Source of the DNA: Candidatus Thorarchaeota archaeon
GTDB lineage: Archaea > Asgardarchaeota > Thorarchaeia > Thorarchaeales > Thorarchaeaceae
Assembly (NCBI GenBank): GCA_016839605.1
Contig: JAEOTX010000096.1
Coordinates: 1-49,158, forward strand
Direction of reading: 5' to 3'
Length of the DNA stretch: 49,158 nt
Part shown: one piece after another, positions 6,430 through 16,924 of the stretch
How the letters are laid out: the number at the start of each line of letters is the position of its first letter
Numbering within the stretch: the first letter of the stretch is position 1
Program-made: the position numbers and the translations under genes
The notes under the pieces: model-generated
Databases searched by the model: none
The model's input: the letters and a program-made list of their open reading frames with translations, nothing else
Told to the model about the DNA's origin: nothing

Positions 6430-9164
6430 TTTACTTCACCTCCCCTTGCGAGGACAATAGTTGCCCTCATTGCTGCTGCACTTCCTGCTGCAACTGAGTC
6501 AGGAATGTCCTTTGGACCATCCGAGCATCCACAGGTGTAGATACCATCTACATCTGCATCAACGGGATACAGCAGCGGGTGTTCAACCTTCACATATCCA
6601 TCATTATCAAGTTCTATACCAACGTCTTCCGCGAGAATCCGCATTCCCAGTGAAGGCTGAATTCCTCCGCTCAGGACAACTAGGTCATGTTCGTTCTGCA
6701 TGAACGTCAAATCCTCAGTGTCCTCGACGCGAATCAAGGATTTCTCATCGTCGGTTTCCACAACTTCAGCAACTCGTCCTCTGACGAATTTGACACCAAA
6801 TCGGGTCTTGGCCATTTCAAAGAACTCTTCAAATCCCTTGCCAAATGCTCTGATGTCAGCGTAGTATACTGTGACATCTACATCAGGATCATGTTCTTTG
6901 GCCATGACAGCGTTTTTGATGCCATACATACAACAGACTCGGCTGCAGGCTGGTACACCTTTGCCAACATCTCTTGCGCCAACGCATTGTATGAATCCGA
7001 TAGACTTCGGTACTTTTCCATCACTCAATCGAACAAGGTGACCTGCTGTTGGACCAGCAGCGTTAATCAGTCTCTCGTACTCCATCGCGGTGATGACATT
7101 TGATTGGGTCTCATATCCAAGACGAGGATACTCCGCGACGTCAAAGAGCTTGTAGCCGGTTGACATTACAATAGCTCCAACATCGAGTTCGATTATCTCA
7201 TCTTGCTGGTTGTGGTCAATTGCTTCACGCTGACATGCCTCAACACACTCCATGCATTCTGAGCACACTGTGCAATTCAGGCATCTACCAGCCTCGGTCA
7301 TAGCTGTTTCGGCATCAAAGCCAGTTTCGACCTCTTTGAAGGTGGTCCTTCTGTTGTAGATCGATATTTTTGGCATTGATGCTCGAGGATGCACACCGAA
7401 GCGCTGTTTCTTGATGTCCTCAGGAATGACCTCGATGAACGTCTCTGGGCGCCCCTCTTTCAGTTCCTCTCCTTGGAGATACCTGTGGATCGACTCTGCA
7501 GCCACATTGCCCTGACCAACGGCTTCAACCACGAGCCCAGGACCTGTCGCCAGATCACCACCCGCAAAGACGTTTTCCATGCTTGTCTGAAGTGTGACTG
7601 GGTCGACCTCTGGAGTTCCCCATTCAGTCATATCTAGCTCCGCATGTGGACCTTTGGGATCAGCACGCTGCCCGATCGCGATGATCATATTCTCGAAGGG
7701 TATCGAGAACTCAGACCCTGGAATTGGTATCGGGCGTCTTCTGCCTGAGTCATCAGGTTCGCCGAGTTTCATCTCTATACATGTGATTCCAACAAGTCTT
7801 CCCTTGGACTCAATGGCTTCTACAGGATTTGTCAAGACCTTCAGTTCAATGCCTTCCTCGACCGCATCCTCAATCTCTTGATGAATGGCTGGCATCTCTG
7901 CACGAGACCTTCGATAGATAATTGTCACTTGCTTGACACCCAATCTCTTTGCGACACGTGCTGCATCTATAGCTGCATTTCCACCGCCGATGACAGCCAC
8001 ATTGTAGCCGAGAGGAACTTTCTCACCACGATTCACCTTATCAAGGAAATCAACTGCGTGATACACTCCAGTTGAGTCCTCACCCTTTATCCTCAGTTTG
8101 GAACTCACAGGAGCACCAGTGCCAAGGAACACAGCCTTGAAGCCTTTATTGAGCAAACTCTTGACAGATGAGATTTCCTTGCCATATTCGATTTTGACAC
8201 CCAAATCCTCTACTATCTTGATCTCGTCAGCTATTACATCTCTAGGCAGTCTGTGTTCAGGTATGCCATATCGAAGTAATCCACCTGCCTCTTCCCGTTT
8301 CTCGAAGACTGTCACTGGGTAGCCTAGTCTGATAAGCTTCTCAGCACAGGCAATACCTGCGGGTCCGGCACCGATAACAGCGACCTTCTCCTTCTTATCA
8401 ATGACAGGGATGTCCCCCTTGTAGCCTCCATGCTCTCGCTCATTATCGTAGAGCCATCGATGGAGGTTACGTATACTGACTGGGTCATCAACAGAGGCTC
8501 TCTCACACTTTTCTTCACAGAGAGCAGGACAGACACGGCCAAGCGAGCCGGGGAATGGGATTGCATCCCTGACCAATTTGAGTGCCTTGTCATTGTCACC
8601 GCTGCGCATCAGAGCAGTGAAGCCCTGAGGATTCACATGTGCTGGACAGTTAGTGTAACAGGGGGCATGGCCTCGCTTGTCAATCGTGTGTATGTTTGGC
8701 GTTGCCTGCGGAAAGGGAATATAGATGGCCTTTCTGAATCCAATCCCTTGATCGAACTCATTTGGAACCTCTATTGGGCATGCTGGCACACAGTCGCCGC
8801 AACCATTGCACTTCTCCTCATCAACATATCGAGCCTTTCTCTTGACCTTGACCTTGAAGTTCCCCGCACTCCCCAGGACCTCCTCGACTTCACTATAGGT
8901 AAGCATCTCGATGTTTGGATGACGCTGTACTTCACTAAGTCGTGGAGTTAGAATACATGCGGAGCAGTCCAAGGTTGGGAATGTCTTATCGATCATGGCC
9001 ATTCGGCCACCAATACTGCTTGATTTCTCCAGTAGATATACCTTGTAATTCTGATCAGCAATATCTAAGGCCGCTTGCATACCTGCGACTCCGCCACCCA
9101 CCACAAGCGCCTTGTTAGACCATTTGCCTTTCGTGGCACTGGTTTTCGGTTTGGCTATGGTCAC
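6426..9164 (-). CDS. hdrA: HdrA/GltD-like fusion (HdrL-type); lacks the HdrA N-terminal domain and C-terminal ferredoxin
   Basis: GGGVAGMQAALD, DKTFPTLDCSAC, ferredoxin, inserted NAD(P)-dependent module (APCYTNCPA, GRVCPALCE, GAGPAG, GGGNAAIDAAR, YRR), QCVGARD...CSRVCC, GPKDIPDSV. Confidence 0.88.
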   Translation of the reverse strand: MTIAKPKTSATKGKWSNKALVVGGGVAGMQAALDIADQNYKVYLLEKSSSIGGRMAMIDKTFPTLDCSACILTPRLSEVQRHPNIEMLTYSEVEEVLGSAGNFKVKVKRKARYVDEEKCNGCGDCVPACPIEVPNEFDQGIGFRKAIYIPFPQATPNIHTIDKRGHAPCYTNCPAHVNPQGFTALMRSGDNDKALKLVRDAIPFPGSLGRVCPALCEEKCERASVDDPVSIRNLHRWLYDNEREHGGYKGDIPVIDKKEKVAVIGAGPAGIACAEKLIRLGYPVTVFEKREEAGGLLRYGIPEHRLPRDVIADEIKIVEDLGVKIEYGKEISSVKSLLNKGFKAVFLGTGAPVSSKLRIKGEDSTGVYHAVDFLDKVNRGEKVPLGYNVAVIGGGNAAIDAARVAKRLGVKQVTIIYRRSRAEMPAIHQEIEDAVEEGIELKVLTNPVEAIESKGRLVGITCIEMKLGEPDDSGRRRPIPIPGSEFSIPFENMIIAIGQRADPKGPHAELDMTEWGTPEVDPVTLQTSMENVFAGGDLATGPGLVVEAVGQGNVAAESIHRYLQGEELKEGRPETFIEVIPEDIKKQRFGVHPRASMPKISIYNRRTTFKEVETGFDAETAMTEAGRCLNCTVCSECMECVEACQREAIDHNQQDEIIELDVGAIVMSTGYKLFDVAEYPRLGYETQSNVITAMEYERLINAAGPTAGHLVRLSDGKVPKSIGFIQCVGARDVGKGVPACSRVCCMYGIKNAVMAKEHDPDVDVTVYYADIRAFGKGFEEFFEMAKTRFGVKFVRGRVAEVVETDDEKSLIRVEDTEDLTFMQNEHDLVVLSGGIQPSLGMRILAEDVGIELDNDGYVKVEHPLLYPVDADVDGIYTCGCSDGPKDIPDSVAAGSAAAMRATIVLARGGEVK

Positions 9165-10075
9165 CTCTTTGCCTCCTGTTCACGGCGGATGACCTTCGAC
9201 TCGATTCTGTGAGCGAATTCGAGCAGGACATCTGGACTAATCTTGTTAAGCGGCATTCCGAGGGTTTCCTCATCTATACCCATGGCGGCCCCCATGAATT
9301 GTGGCAACGTGAGAACTGGAATGCGATCCTTTGGCTCTCCACCTTCACCAAACTGGACTTGTGTTAGCTGAATATTGCAGAAAACGCATGCTGTTACTAT
9401 TCCTTTGGCTCCGGCAGCCTTTACATTCGTAATCTTCTCAGAGCCAATAGCGGTGGCTACTTTCTCATCCATGGCGAGCATTGGTCCTCCACAGCAACGA
9501 ACCTTTCCTGCATAATCAACAGCATCACCACCACAGGCCTCAATGATATCATCGATAGATCTTGGCACCTCAGGATCATCTACTTGGACGATCTCAGCTG
9601 GACGAGTCACATGACATCCATAATGAGCAGCCAGTTTTACACCGTTATACGGTTGTACTATAGCTCGTCTAATCGCATCATAACCCACTTCATCTCGGAG
9701 AATCTGGAGGAGGTGCTTCACCTCGACCTTACCCGTATATTCCAAATCCTCCTCGGCAAGAATTTCATTGACCTCTGCTTTGAGATCAGGTTCAGTGTCC
9801 AGCATGTGCTTCACGTGCTTCAAAGAACCTGAACACGCTCCACAGATTGCAATCACATCTTTCCCAAACCGTTCTGCAATTGCTAGAATGCGTCCGCTCA
9901 TTGCTGCAAATGCGCTCCGATTCAACGATTCAATATATTGAGCACCGCAGCAATTGACATCCTTCATGTGGTGAGCATTCACACCAAGATGCTTCAGGAC
10001 TGCCATCGTGGCAGCTTCATAAGCAGGAAGTCTGACAGGTGTAGTACAGCCTGTATAGACGAAATAGTCTGTCAA
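9161..10075 (-). CDS. hdrB: Heterodisulfide reductase subunit B (CCG domains)
   Basis: YTGC, CCGA, CGAC, HYGCH, CCGG, ACVFC. Confidence 0.92.
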   Translation of the reverse strand: MTDYFVYTGCTTPVRLPAYEAATMAVLKHLGVNAHHMKDVNCCGAQYIESLNRSAFAAMSGRILAIAERFGKDVIAICGACSGSLKHVKHMLDTEPDLKAEVNEILAEEDLEYTGKVEVKHLLQILRDEVGYDAIRRAIVQPYNGVKLAAHYGCHVTRPAEIVQVDDPEVPRSIDDIIEACGGDAVDYAGKVRCCGGPMLAMDEKVATAIGSEKITNVKAAGAKGIVTACVFCNIQLTQVQFGEGGEPKDRIPVLTLPQFMGAAMGIDEETLGMPLNKISPDVLLEFAHRIESKVIRREQEAKR

Positions 10076-10599
10076 TCACCTTCACCTCCGGAAAAATACT
10101 TCTTCTTCAATCTGTGAGTGAATTCATTGTCCCAACCCAAGTCGGTGTCAAGGCCTAAATCATCTCTGTCATCTTCGATGAAGTCAGAGTATGCATCGCC
10201 CAGAAGCCATCCATCACTTAGGGCCTTCTCCGCGGTTGATTTGAAAACCTCTGGTATGTGTCCTTCCCTTGTAGCGATATGTCGGACGGCTTGAAAGATT
10301 TCAGCTGGACTGACACCCTCTTGGCATCTTTCTTCGCACAATCTACATGTCATGCAAAGCCAAGGTAAATCGCTTTGCAATACTTCATCTCTCTTTCCAA
10401 TAATGATCTTTTGAATCAGCTGACGAGGACGGTATCTATCTGAAAATGAAGACACCGCACATGAGGCAGTGCATATACCACACTGAATGCATTTGCTGAT
10501 GCCTTCACCACCCGGTTCAGCTTCAATTTCTTTAGCAAAATTGGAAGAAGGAGTATGTTCAATTTCAAGTCCTTTATTGGTCTCTGTTCGAGCACCCAT
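10072..10599 (-). CDS. hdrC: Heterodisulfide reductase subunit C
   Basis: CIQCGICTASC, PRQLI, WLCMTCRLCEERC; immediately upstream of hdrB. Confidence 0.92.
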   Translation of the reverse strand: MGARTETNKGLEIEHTPSSNFAKEIEAEPGGEGISKCIQCGICTASCAVSSFSDRYRPRQLIQKIIIGKRDEVLQSDLPWLCMTCRLCEERCQEGVSPAEIFQAVRHIATREGHIPEVFKSTAEKALSDGWLLGDAYSDFIEDDRDDLGLDTDLGWDNEFTHRLKKKYFSGGEGD

Positions 10600-10921
10600 T
10601 TTTAGGTCGACCCCTTTCAGACAGAATTATCAAGTTATTCTACCAATGGGATTGGGAGAACCGACTTATATCCATCTGTAATTTGTAGTGGAACTCCAGT
10701 TACAGGATGTTGCGCAGTGCAGACGAAGTGATTATATGTGTAGTGATATCGAGGTGTGCTTATTTCGTTCACCTTAGTGTTGTATAAGGAACATTCCGTC
10801 CATCCTTTGTGTTTGATATCGATATTATGGTATAGTTTCATGAATTCGTGTTCTTTTGATTCATTCATGAACGTTTTTCCTGTGCAGGCAGCACTCTCAT
10901 TGCTAATTACACGAAGATCCA

Positions 10922-13900
10922 TCAAATCTGTGAATCAAGAGAGGGATGCAGCTTCCGCGATGCAACCTCTATCATGGGCATGAGTTGGCTCATCTTGTAA
11001 TGCTTCATATCTATGGCATTCTGCGGGCAAGCGGCACTGCATGTTCCACAACCTTGGCAAGCTTCACGAGCGATCACCATGGTGTCATCTTCAAGCCGCG
11101 GTGCACTATAGGGACAGACATCTGCACACAGTTCGCATTTGATGCATTTTTCAGTATCAATCTCTGCATAGATTGGTTCAATATTGAATTTCCCTGGACC
11201 CATCAGTGCTTGGGCTTTAGCTGCTGCAGCCTCACCCATTGCCACTGCCTTCGCAATGTCCATTGGCCCCAGACATGCACCACCAACAAACACACCATCC
11301 TGGAATGACTCGACAGGACGTAATTTCGGATGAGCGCAGAGGAAGTATCCATATTGGTCTGTAGTCATCTTGAGCTTACGTGCGACATCTGGATTATCTT
11401 CCTGAGGATGCAATGCAGTTGCCAACACTACTAGGTCATATGTTAGACAGATGTTCATTCCTGTGTAGAGATCTTCAGCGTAGACCTTTATCTTGTCGGC
11501 GGTCTCATCATGCTCTAGTTCTGAAGCCCTGCCCTTCACAATATTGACACCCATCTCACGTGCTCTCTGGTAGAGCTCCTCGTAGCCGAGGCCATGAGTC
11601 CGAATATCCATGGTATATATTGCTACGTCAGTGTCCGGATACTTCTCCTTTATCTGAGTCGCTTGCTTCAGTGAGTTTTCACAGCCAATATAGCAGCAAT
11701 AGTCTCTTTCAAACCGTGCGTCGCGAGATCCCACACATTGAAGGAAGGCTATACTTGACGGCGTTTTTCCATCATCTGGGCGTTTAATCTTGCCGTGGGT
11801 TGGACCAGCTGCATTTGTTAACCGCTCAAACTGTGCATTCGTTATGATATGAGGAAGAAGTCCATAGCCGTATTCACGAGTATCTAGGGGCTCGTAAGAG
11901 ATGGACCCAGTTGTCACGATAATAGTCCCAACATCTCGGTTCAGTATCTGGTCTGGCATGTCATGGTCTATTGCATTCGCTTTACAGACATCAACACACT
12001 GACCACATTCGCAGCATACTGCACAACTAATGCATCTCTCAGCCTCTTCCAATGCTCGTTTCTCGTTGAAGCCTAGTTCAACTTCAGCGAAGCTATTCTT
12101 GCGTTTGCCTCTACTAAGGACTGGCATAGCGACCCTGGGAGCTACCTGTATTCCCTCTTTATTGATTTGGTCCTCAGGTACAGCAGTTGGCTCTCCTCCT
12201 CTTCCAAGAGCTAGGTCTTCACCTGACAGGAATCTATCAATGGATATAGCTGCCTCTTTGCCAGCTCCAACTGCTTCAACAACAGTAGCAGGACCTGTCG
12301 CGACATCGCCTCCAGCGAAGACACCCTTTTTGCTTGTCTGGTAGGTGATTTCATCGACAACAACAGTGCCCCATTGAGTAAGTTCTAGCCCCTTAATCGG
12401 ACCCTTTGGATCAACCAGCTGACCAATCGCGATAATGACATCATCAACCTTCATATCAAACTCTGAATCCGGAATTGGAATAGGACGCCTCCTTCCTGAT
12501 GAGTCAGGTGCACCTAGGCGCATCTGAACACACCGAATTCCTGTCACAATTCCATCAGTTTCGAGTATCTCCACAGGTGATGACAAAATCTTGAGTTTGA
12601 TACCCTCATGTTCCGCCTCATCAATCTCACTACCAATGGCAGGCATCTCATCCCTTGAACGACGATATACGATTGTGACACGATTCACTCCAAGTCGCTT
12701 CGCACTCCTGGCAGCGTCAATAGCGGCATTTCCCCCACCTATAACAACGACATTCTGACCTAATGTGATCTTCTCACCTTGATTGAATCGATCCAAGAAG
12801 TCAAGAGCGTGATGCACTCCTTTTGCATCTTCACCACTTACTCTGAGCTTGCTGCTGAGTGAAGCTCCTGTCGCTAGGAAGAATGCTTTGTAGCCCTCTT
12901 TCTTCAAATCGCTAATTGATTCCACATTCACTCCCGTCTTCATTTCCACGCCGAGGGATTCTACCTGAGCGATTTCTTCCCGAAGAATGTTTCTTGGCAG
13001 GCGATATTCAGGAATACCATACCTAAGAAGACCTCCAGCTTCTGACTTCGCTTCGAATACAGTCACTGGATATCCCAATCTAACTAAGTCGTAAGCACAA
13101 GCGATTCCAGCGGGTCCTGCACCAATAATGGCGACTTTCTTCTTCTTACTAGCTACAATCGGTGCTATTGGCTCTTCACCCTTTGAGCGTGCGTTATCTG
13201 CTAAGAAACGATGAAGATTACGAATTGACAAGGGCTCATCGATTGTGGCTCTTTCACATTTTTCCTCACATAAGCTTGTACAGACCCTGCCTAACGAACC
13301 CGGGAATGGATTTGACTCCCTAAAGATATCAAGAGCCATGTCGAATTTCTTCTCGCGTATCAAAGTGATGAACGCATGTCCATTCACTCCAGCCGGGCAT
13401 GCAATACGGCATGCAGCTGTGCCTTTTTTGTCAATTGTAAATGTGTTGGGCACCGCCTGCGGAAAAGGGCGATAGATGGCCTTTCGAGTAGCCAAGCCGT
13501 ATTCATACTTATTTGTGACACTTACTGGACATACAGGATCACATTCACCACAACCATTGCAGAGTTCAGGATCGACATAGCCTGATTTCTTTCTAATTGT
13601 GAGCTTGAAATCACCTACATGCCCCTCAACATTTTCGAGCTCACTATATGCTAGAAGATCTATCTCTGGATGACGTTCAACGGAAGCCATGATAGGACCT
13701 AGAATACAGATGGCGCAGTCGTTCTGTGGAAATACCTTGTCCAATAGAGCCATCTGCCCTCCTATTGTTGGACGACGTTCAACAAGAGAAACTGGATAGC
13801 CGGCATTGGCAAGATCTAGAGCAGCTGATATTCCAGCTACGCCTGCTCCCACCACAGCCACTCTCGGAATGACCTCCACTGATTCCATATCCAATGGCTC

Positions 13901-14311
13901 AAGTTCGCGAGCCCGAGCGATGGCCATTTCAATCAAGCGTTTTGCCTTTTCCGTAGCTCTATCTTTCTCATCCATATGACACCAAGAAACATGTTCTCTG
14001 ATGTTCACCATCTCGAACAGAAAGCGATTGAGTCCAACCTCTTCAATGGTCTTTCGAAATACTGGCTCATGCGTCCGAGGTGTGCATGATGCGACAATGA
14101 CCCTGTTAATGTTGTGTTCCTCTATGCTTTCCTTTATCGACTTGAGCCCGTCAGACGAGCATGTGAACAGGAGATCGCTGCTGAAAACAACACCCGGAAG
14201 GTCCTTGATATGGTCACGGACAGATTCCACATCAACGGTTCCAGCAATATTCAATCCACAATGACAAGTCCATACTCCAATCCTAACGTCATCAACGTCA
14301 TCCGCTACCAC
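10922..14311 (-). CDS. hdrA: Full-length HdrA/GltD-like fusion flavoprotein (HdrL-type)
   Basis: RIGVWTCHCGLNI, SCTPRTHEP, GAGVAG, DKVFPQNDCAIC, inserted GltD/SudA-like module, QCVGSRD...CCYIGC, C-terminal ferredoxin. Confidence 0.9.
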   Translation of the reverse strand: MVADDVDDVRIGVWTCHCGLNIAGTVDVESVRDHIKDLPGVVFSSDLLFTCSSDGLKSIKESIEEHNINRVIVASCTPRTHEPVFRKTIEEVGLNRFLFEMVNIREHVSWCHMDEKDRATEKAKRLIEMAIARARELEPLDMESVEVIPRVAVVGAGVAGISAALDLANAGYPVSLVERRPTIGGQMALLDKVFPQNDCAICILGPIMASVERHPEIDLLAYSELENVEGHVGDFKLTIRKKSGYVDPELCNGCGECDPVCPVSVTNKYEYGLATRKAIYRPFPQAVPNTFTIDKKGTAACRIACPAGVNGHAFITLIREKKFDMALDIFRESNPFPGSLGRVCTSLCEEKCERATIDEPLSIRNLHRFLADNARSKGEEPIAPIVASKKKKVAIIGAGPAGIACAYDLVRLGYPVTVFEAKSEAGGLLRYGIPEYRLPRNILREEIAQVESLGVEMKTGVNVESISDLKKEGYKAFFLATGASLSSKLRVSGEDAKGVHHALDFLDRFNQGEKITLGQNVVVIGGGNAAIDAARSAKRLGVNRVTIVYRRSRDEMPAIGSEIDEAEHEGIKLKILSSPVEILETDGIVTGIRCVQMRLGAPDSSGRRRPIPIPDSEFDMKVDDVIIAIGQLVDPKGPIKGLELTQWGTVVVDEITYQTSKKGVFAGGDVATGPATVVEAVGAGKEAAISIDRFLSGEDLALGRGGEPTAVPEDQINKEGIQVAPRVAMPVLSRGKRKNSFAEVELGFNEKRALEEAERCISCAVCCECGQCVDVCKANAIDHDMPDQILNRDVGTIIVTTGSISYEPLDTREYGYGLLPHIITNAQFERLTNAAGPTHGKIKRPDDGKTPSSIAFLQCVGSRDARFERDYCCYIGCENSLKQATQIKEKYPDTDVAIYTMDIRTHGLGYEELYQRAREMGVNIVKGRASELEHDETADKIKVYAEDLYTGMNICLTYDLVVLATALHPQEDNPDVARKLKMTTDQYGYFLCAHPKLRPVESFQDGVFVGGACLGPMDIAKAVAMGEAAAAKAQALMGPGKFNIEPIYAEIDTEKCIKCELCADVCPYSAPRLEDDTMVIAREACQGCGTCSAACPQNAIDMKHYKMSQLMPMIEVASRKLHPSLDSQI

Positions 14312-14715
14312 GATTGTCCTCTCCAGACTAACTACCTGAGTTCAAGAAAAATGCGGTCCGGATTTATTGCATCAACGCTCACAGCTGACGTAAACGAGCG
14401 CACCGTCATAGTGCCTCCGGACAGGGGACAATCATTGAATCCATGCTATGCCTACTGAACCTATTAACATACCGCCTTCTTTTCCGACATATAAATTTGG
14501 CCAATTCATCATTGTATGATTTTCGCACTCGTTCGTCCATTCATTCAGTGTGTATGTTTTCGATACTTATAATGGAATATAGTATCGATTCCGAACAGCG
14601 CATGTTTGTAATGTAAATTTCCTTTACTTGGACGATATTGTACCAGTGTAGGGATATGCATATTTCGAGCTGGTAGATCTCCATATCTCAATGACACTAA
14701 TATCGAGCTCGGTGG

Positions 14716-15063
14716 CTAGAATTCCTTGACGGTATAGAGGTACTCTCGTTTCTGCTCGCCCGCAATTTCCACCTTGTTCCATTTCATCATGGCTAGTAGA
14801 TTCCACAGAACACGATCAGGCTCCAACTGCGTAGCCTTGGCAATGGCTGCGACTGTCTTTGGTCCGTCAGTTAGCTGCTGCATGATGTAGTTCCTGGTAT
14901 ACTCTTCATGGATAGTTTTAGTAATCAAGTCCTTGAACTTCTCTTGAGTTAGTTCACCATTTTGGACCAATACGTCGCCTTTTCCTATCAGCCATCTTAA
15001 ACGCTCATCGGCAAAAGCATCAGCCATTGCTTGCACACGCTGTAAGTCAGCGGTCTCTTTCAT
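14716..15063 (-). CDS. Hdr-associated protein with a C-terminal winged-helix-like domain
   Basis: DERLRWLIGK...EEYTRNYIMQQLTDGPKTVAAIAKATQLEPDRVLWNLLAMMKWNKVEIAG; TAATG-coupled to hdrA'. Confidence 0.65.
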   Translation of the reverse strand: MKETADLQRVQAMADAFADERLRWLIGKGDVLVQNGELTQEKFKDLITKTIHEEYTRNYIMQQLTDGPKTVAAIAKATQLEPDRVLWNLLAMMKWNKVEIAGEQKREYLYTVKEF

Positions 15064-16403
15064 TATGGAGCACCTCCTTTCGCAAGAGTAATACTTGCGC
15101 GCATAGCCGCCGCGCTCCCTGCTGCAACACTATCGGGGATATCTTTTGGAGACTCAGCACATCCGCATACATAGATGCCTGGAACCGTGGTGTCTACTGG
15201 CGTGATAGTTTCATTCTCAACGGTGAGAAATCCGTCACTATCAAGTGTTAAGCCCATATGATTGGACAGATTCTTCAGTGTCTTAGGAGGCAGGATTCCA
15301 GGACTGATTACAACAAGCTCATGTTCTTTCTCCAGGAATTTGCCACTCTCCGTGTCCTCTACACGCACAATGACATTCCTGTTCTTTAGATTCTCAGAAA
15401 CCTCACCAACACGACCCCGGATGAATTTGACTCCAAATCGCTCTTTCGCCATCTCCTTGAACTCTTCAAAGCCCTTACCAAATGCTCGAAGGTCTGCATA
15501 ATAGAGTGTAACATCCTTCACATGGTCGTGAGCCAACTCAAATGCCATAACAGCATTTTTGATTGAGTACATGCAACATATGCGAGAGCAGTTAGGAACG
15601 CCCTTCTCAACATCTCTGGCACCGACACACTGAATGAAGCCAAGTGACTTTGGAATCTTGCCATCACTTAGACGCAGGAGATGTCCACCAGTTGGTCCAG
15701 CAGCATTGATGATTCGTTCATATTCCAGTGCATGCATGACATTCTTGTACGTGCCATAGCCAAGTCGGGGATACTTGGTGACGTCATAGAGCTCATAGCC
15801 CGTAGCGACAACAATTGCCCCCACAGGAATCTCGACCTCCTCATCTTCTGCATCAAGCAGTATTGCATCTCTGTCGCAAGATTTCTCGCACATACCACAT
15901 TTGATACAATTCTCAGTGTCTATTGTGTAGACCAATGGGGTGCTCTGTGGAAAGCCGATGTATATGGCTTTACGAAATCCGAGATCTTGATCAAACTCGT
16001 TTGGCACCTCGATTGGGCAATGTGGGACGCAATCACCACATCCTGAGCACTTCTCTTCATCTACCTTTCGGGCCTTTCTTAACACCCTGACACGGAAGTC
16101 TCCTGCCTTACCAGTGACTCCGACTACCTCGGAGTATGTGAGCAGTTCGATATTGGGGTGCCTAGCAACTTCAGATAGACGTGGTGTCAATATGCACGCA
16201 CTGCAGTCGAGCGTTGGGAACGTCTTGTCTAGCATAGCCATTACCCCGCCTATGGAGGGAGACTTCTCGACAAGTACCACCTTGTAGTTCTGGTCAGCTA
16301 TGTCTAACGCAGCCTGCATGCCTGCGACTCCGCCTCCTATGACCATAGCAGTTTCAGAAGGCAATAGATGGTCGTATGTTACTTGGTCACCAGCGATTGT
16401 CAT
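15063..16403 (-). CDS. hdrA: Short HdrA-like flavoprotein (FAD domain plus inserted ferredoxin only)
   Basis: GGGVAGMQAALD, DKTFPTLDCSAC, CSGCGDC/CIKCGMC, QCVGARD...CSRICC, PKDIPDSV. Confidence 0.87.
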   Translation of the reverse strand: MTIAGDQVTYDHLLPSETAMVIGGGVAGMQAALDIADQNYKVVLVEKSPSIGGVMAMLDKTFPTLDCSACILTPRLSEVARHPNIELLTYSEVVGVTGKAGDFRVRVLRKARKVDEEKCSGCGDCVPHCPIEVPNEFDQDLGFRKAIYIGFPQSTPLVYTIDTENCIKCGMCEKSCDRDAILLDAEDEEVEIPVGAIVVATGYELYDVTKYPRLGYGTYKNVMHALEYERIINAAGPTGGHLLRLSDGKIPKSLGFIQCVGARDVEKGVPNCSRICCMYSIKNAVMAFELAHDHVKDVTLYYADLRAFGKGFEEFKEMAKERFGVKFIRGRVGEVSENLKNRNVIVRVEDTESGKFLEKEHELVVISPGILPPKTLKNLSNHMGLTLDSDGFLTVENETITPVDTTVPGIYVCGCAESPKDIPDSVAAGSAAAMRASITLAKGGAP

Positions 16404-16924
16404 TTCTTGGCACCTCCTTTCTTGGCTGCCTTTTTGGGCGCAGCCTTCTTCTTAGATACTGCCTCTTTCTTTGGGGCAGCTTTCTTTGGTGTGGCTTTCT
16501 TTGGCTTTCCTCTTCCATTCAAAGGACTAGGTCCTAGTTTCTTAATAATCTGAGTCATTTCAGTGATTCCATCAGCCCACTGCTGACCCTCAGAGGCACT
16601 TGCCCACAACAGCCTAAGCCTATCAGGGTGAAGCCCCATCATATCCATCGCCGTAGACAATGCATCATAACGGACCTGAGTCCGATAGTTCCCCGTCGAG
16701 TAATGACAATCACCGATGTGGCAACCGGTAATCATCACACCATCAGCACCATTCTTGAATGCCTGAAGCACCATTGATGGATCAACTCGACCCGAGCACA
16801 TTAGACGGATGACTTTCGCATTTGTTGGATATTGGATACGTGAGATCCCTGCTAGATCTGCACCTCCATAGGAACACCAGTTGCACGTGAATGCGACGAT
16901 ATTAGGTTCGAACGATTTGCTCAT
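16400..16924 (-). CDS. mvhD: MvhD with a Lys/Ala/Pro-rich C-terminal tail
   Basis: FTCNWCSYGGAD, MCSGR, GCHIGDCHY; tail KPKKATPKKAAPKKEAVSKKKAAPKKAAKKGGAKK. Confidence 0.93.
   Translation of the reverse strand: MSKSFEPNIVAFTCNWCSYGGADLAGISRIQYPTNAKVIRLMCSGRVDPSMVLQAFKNGADGVMITGCHIGDCHYSTGNYRTQVRYDALSTAMDMMGLHPDRLRLLWASASEGQQWADGITEMTQIIKKLGPSPLNGRGKPKKATPKKAAPKKEAVSKKKAAPKKAAKKGGAKK

Noticed and set aside
10635-10983. ORFs 10635..10925 (-) and 10756..10983 (+)
   Set aside because: AT-rich promoter region of the hdrC operon; translations have no motif or protein-like composition
14370-14412. Second SECIS in the hdrL leader (AUGAC...UGAU)
   Set aside because: Helix geometry is wrong, there is no AAA loop at the right spacing, and no UGA-containing gene is nearby
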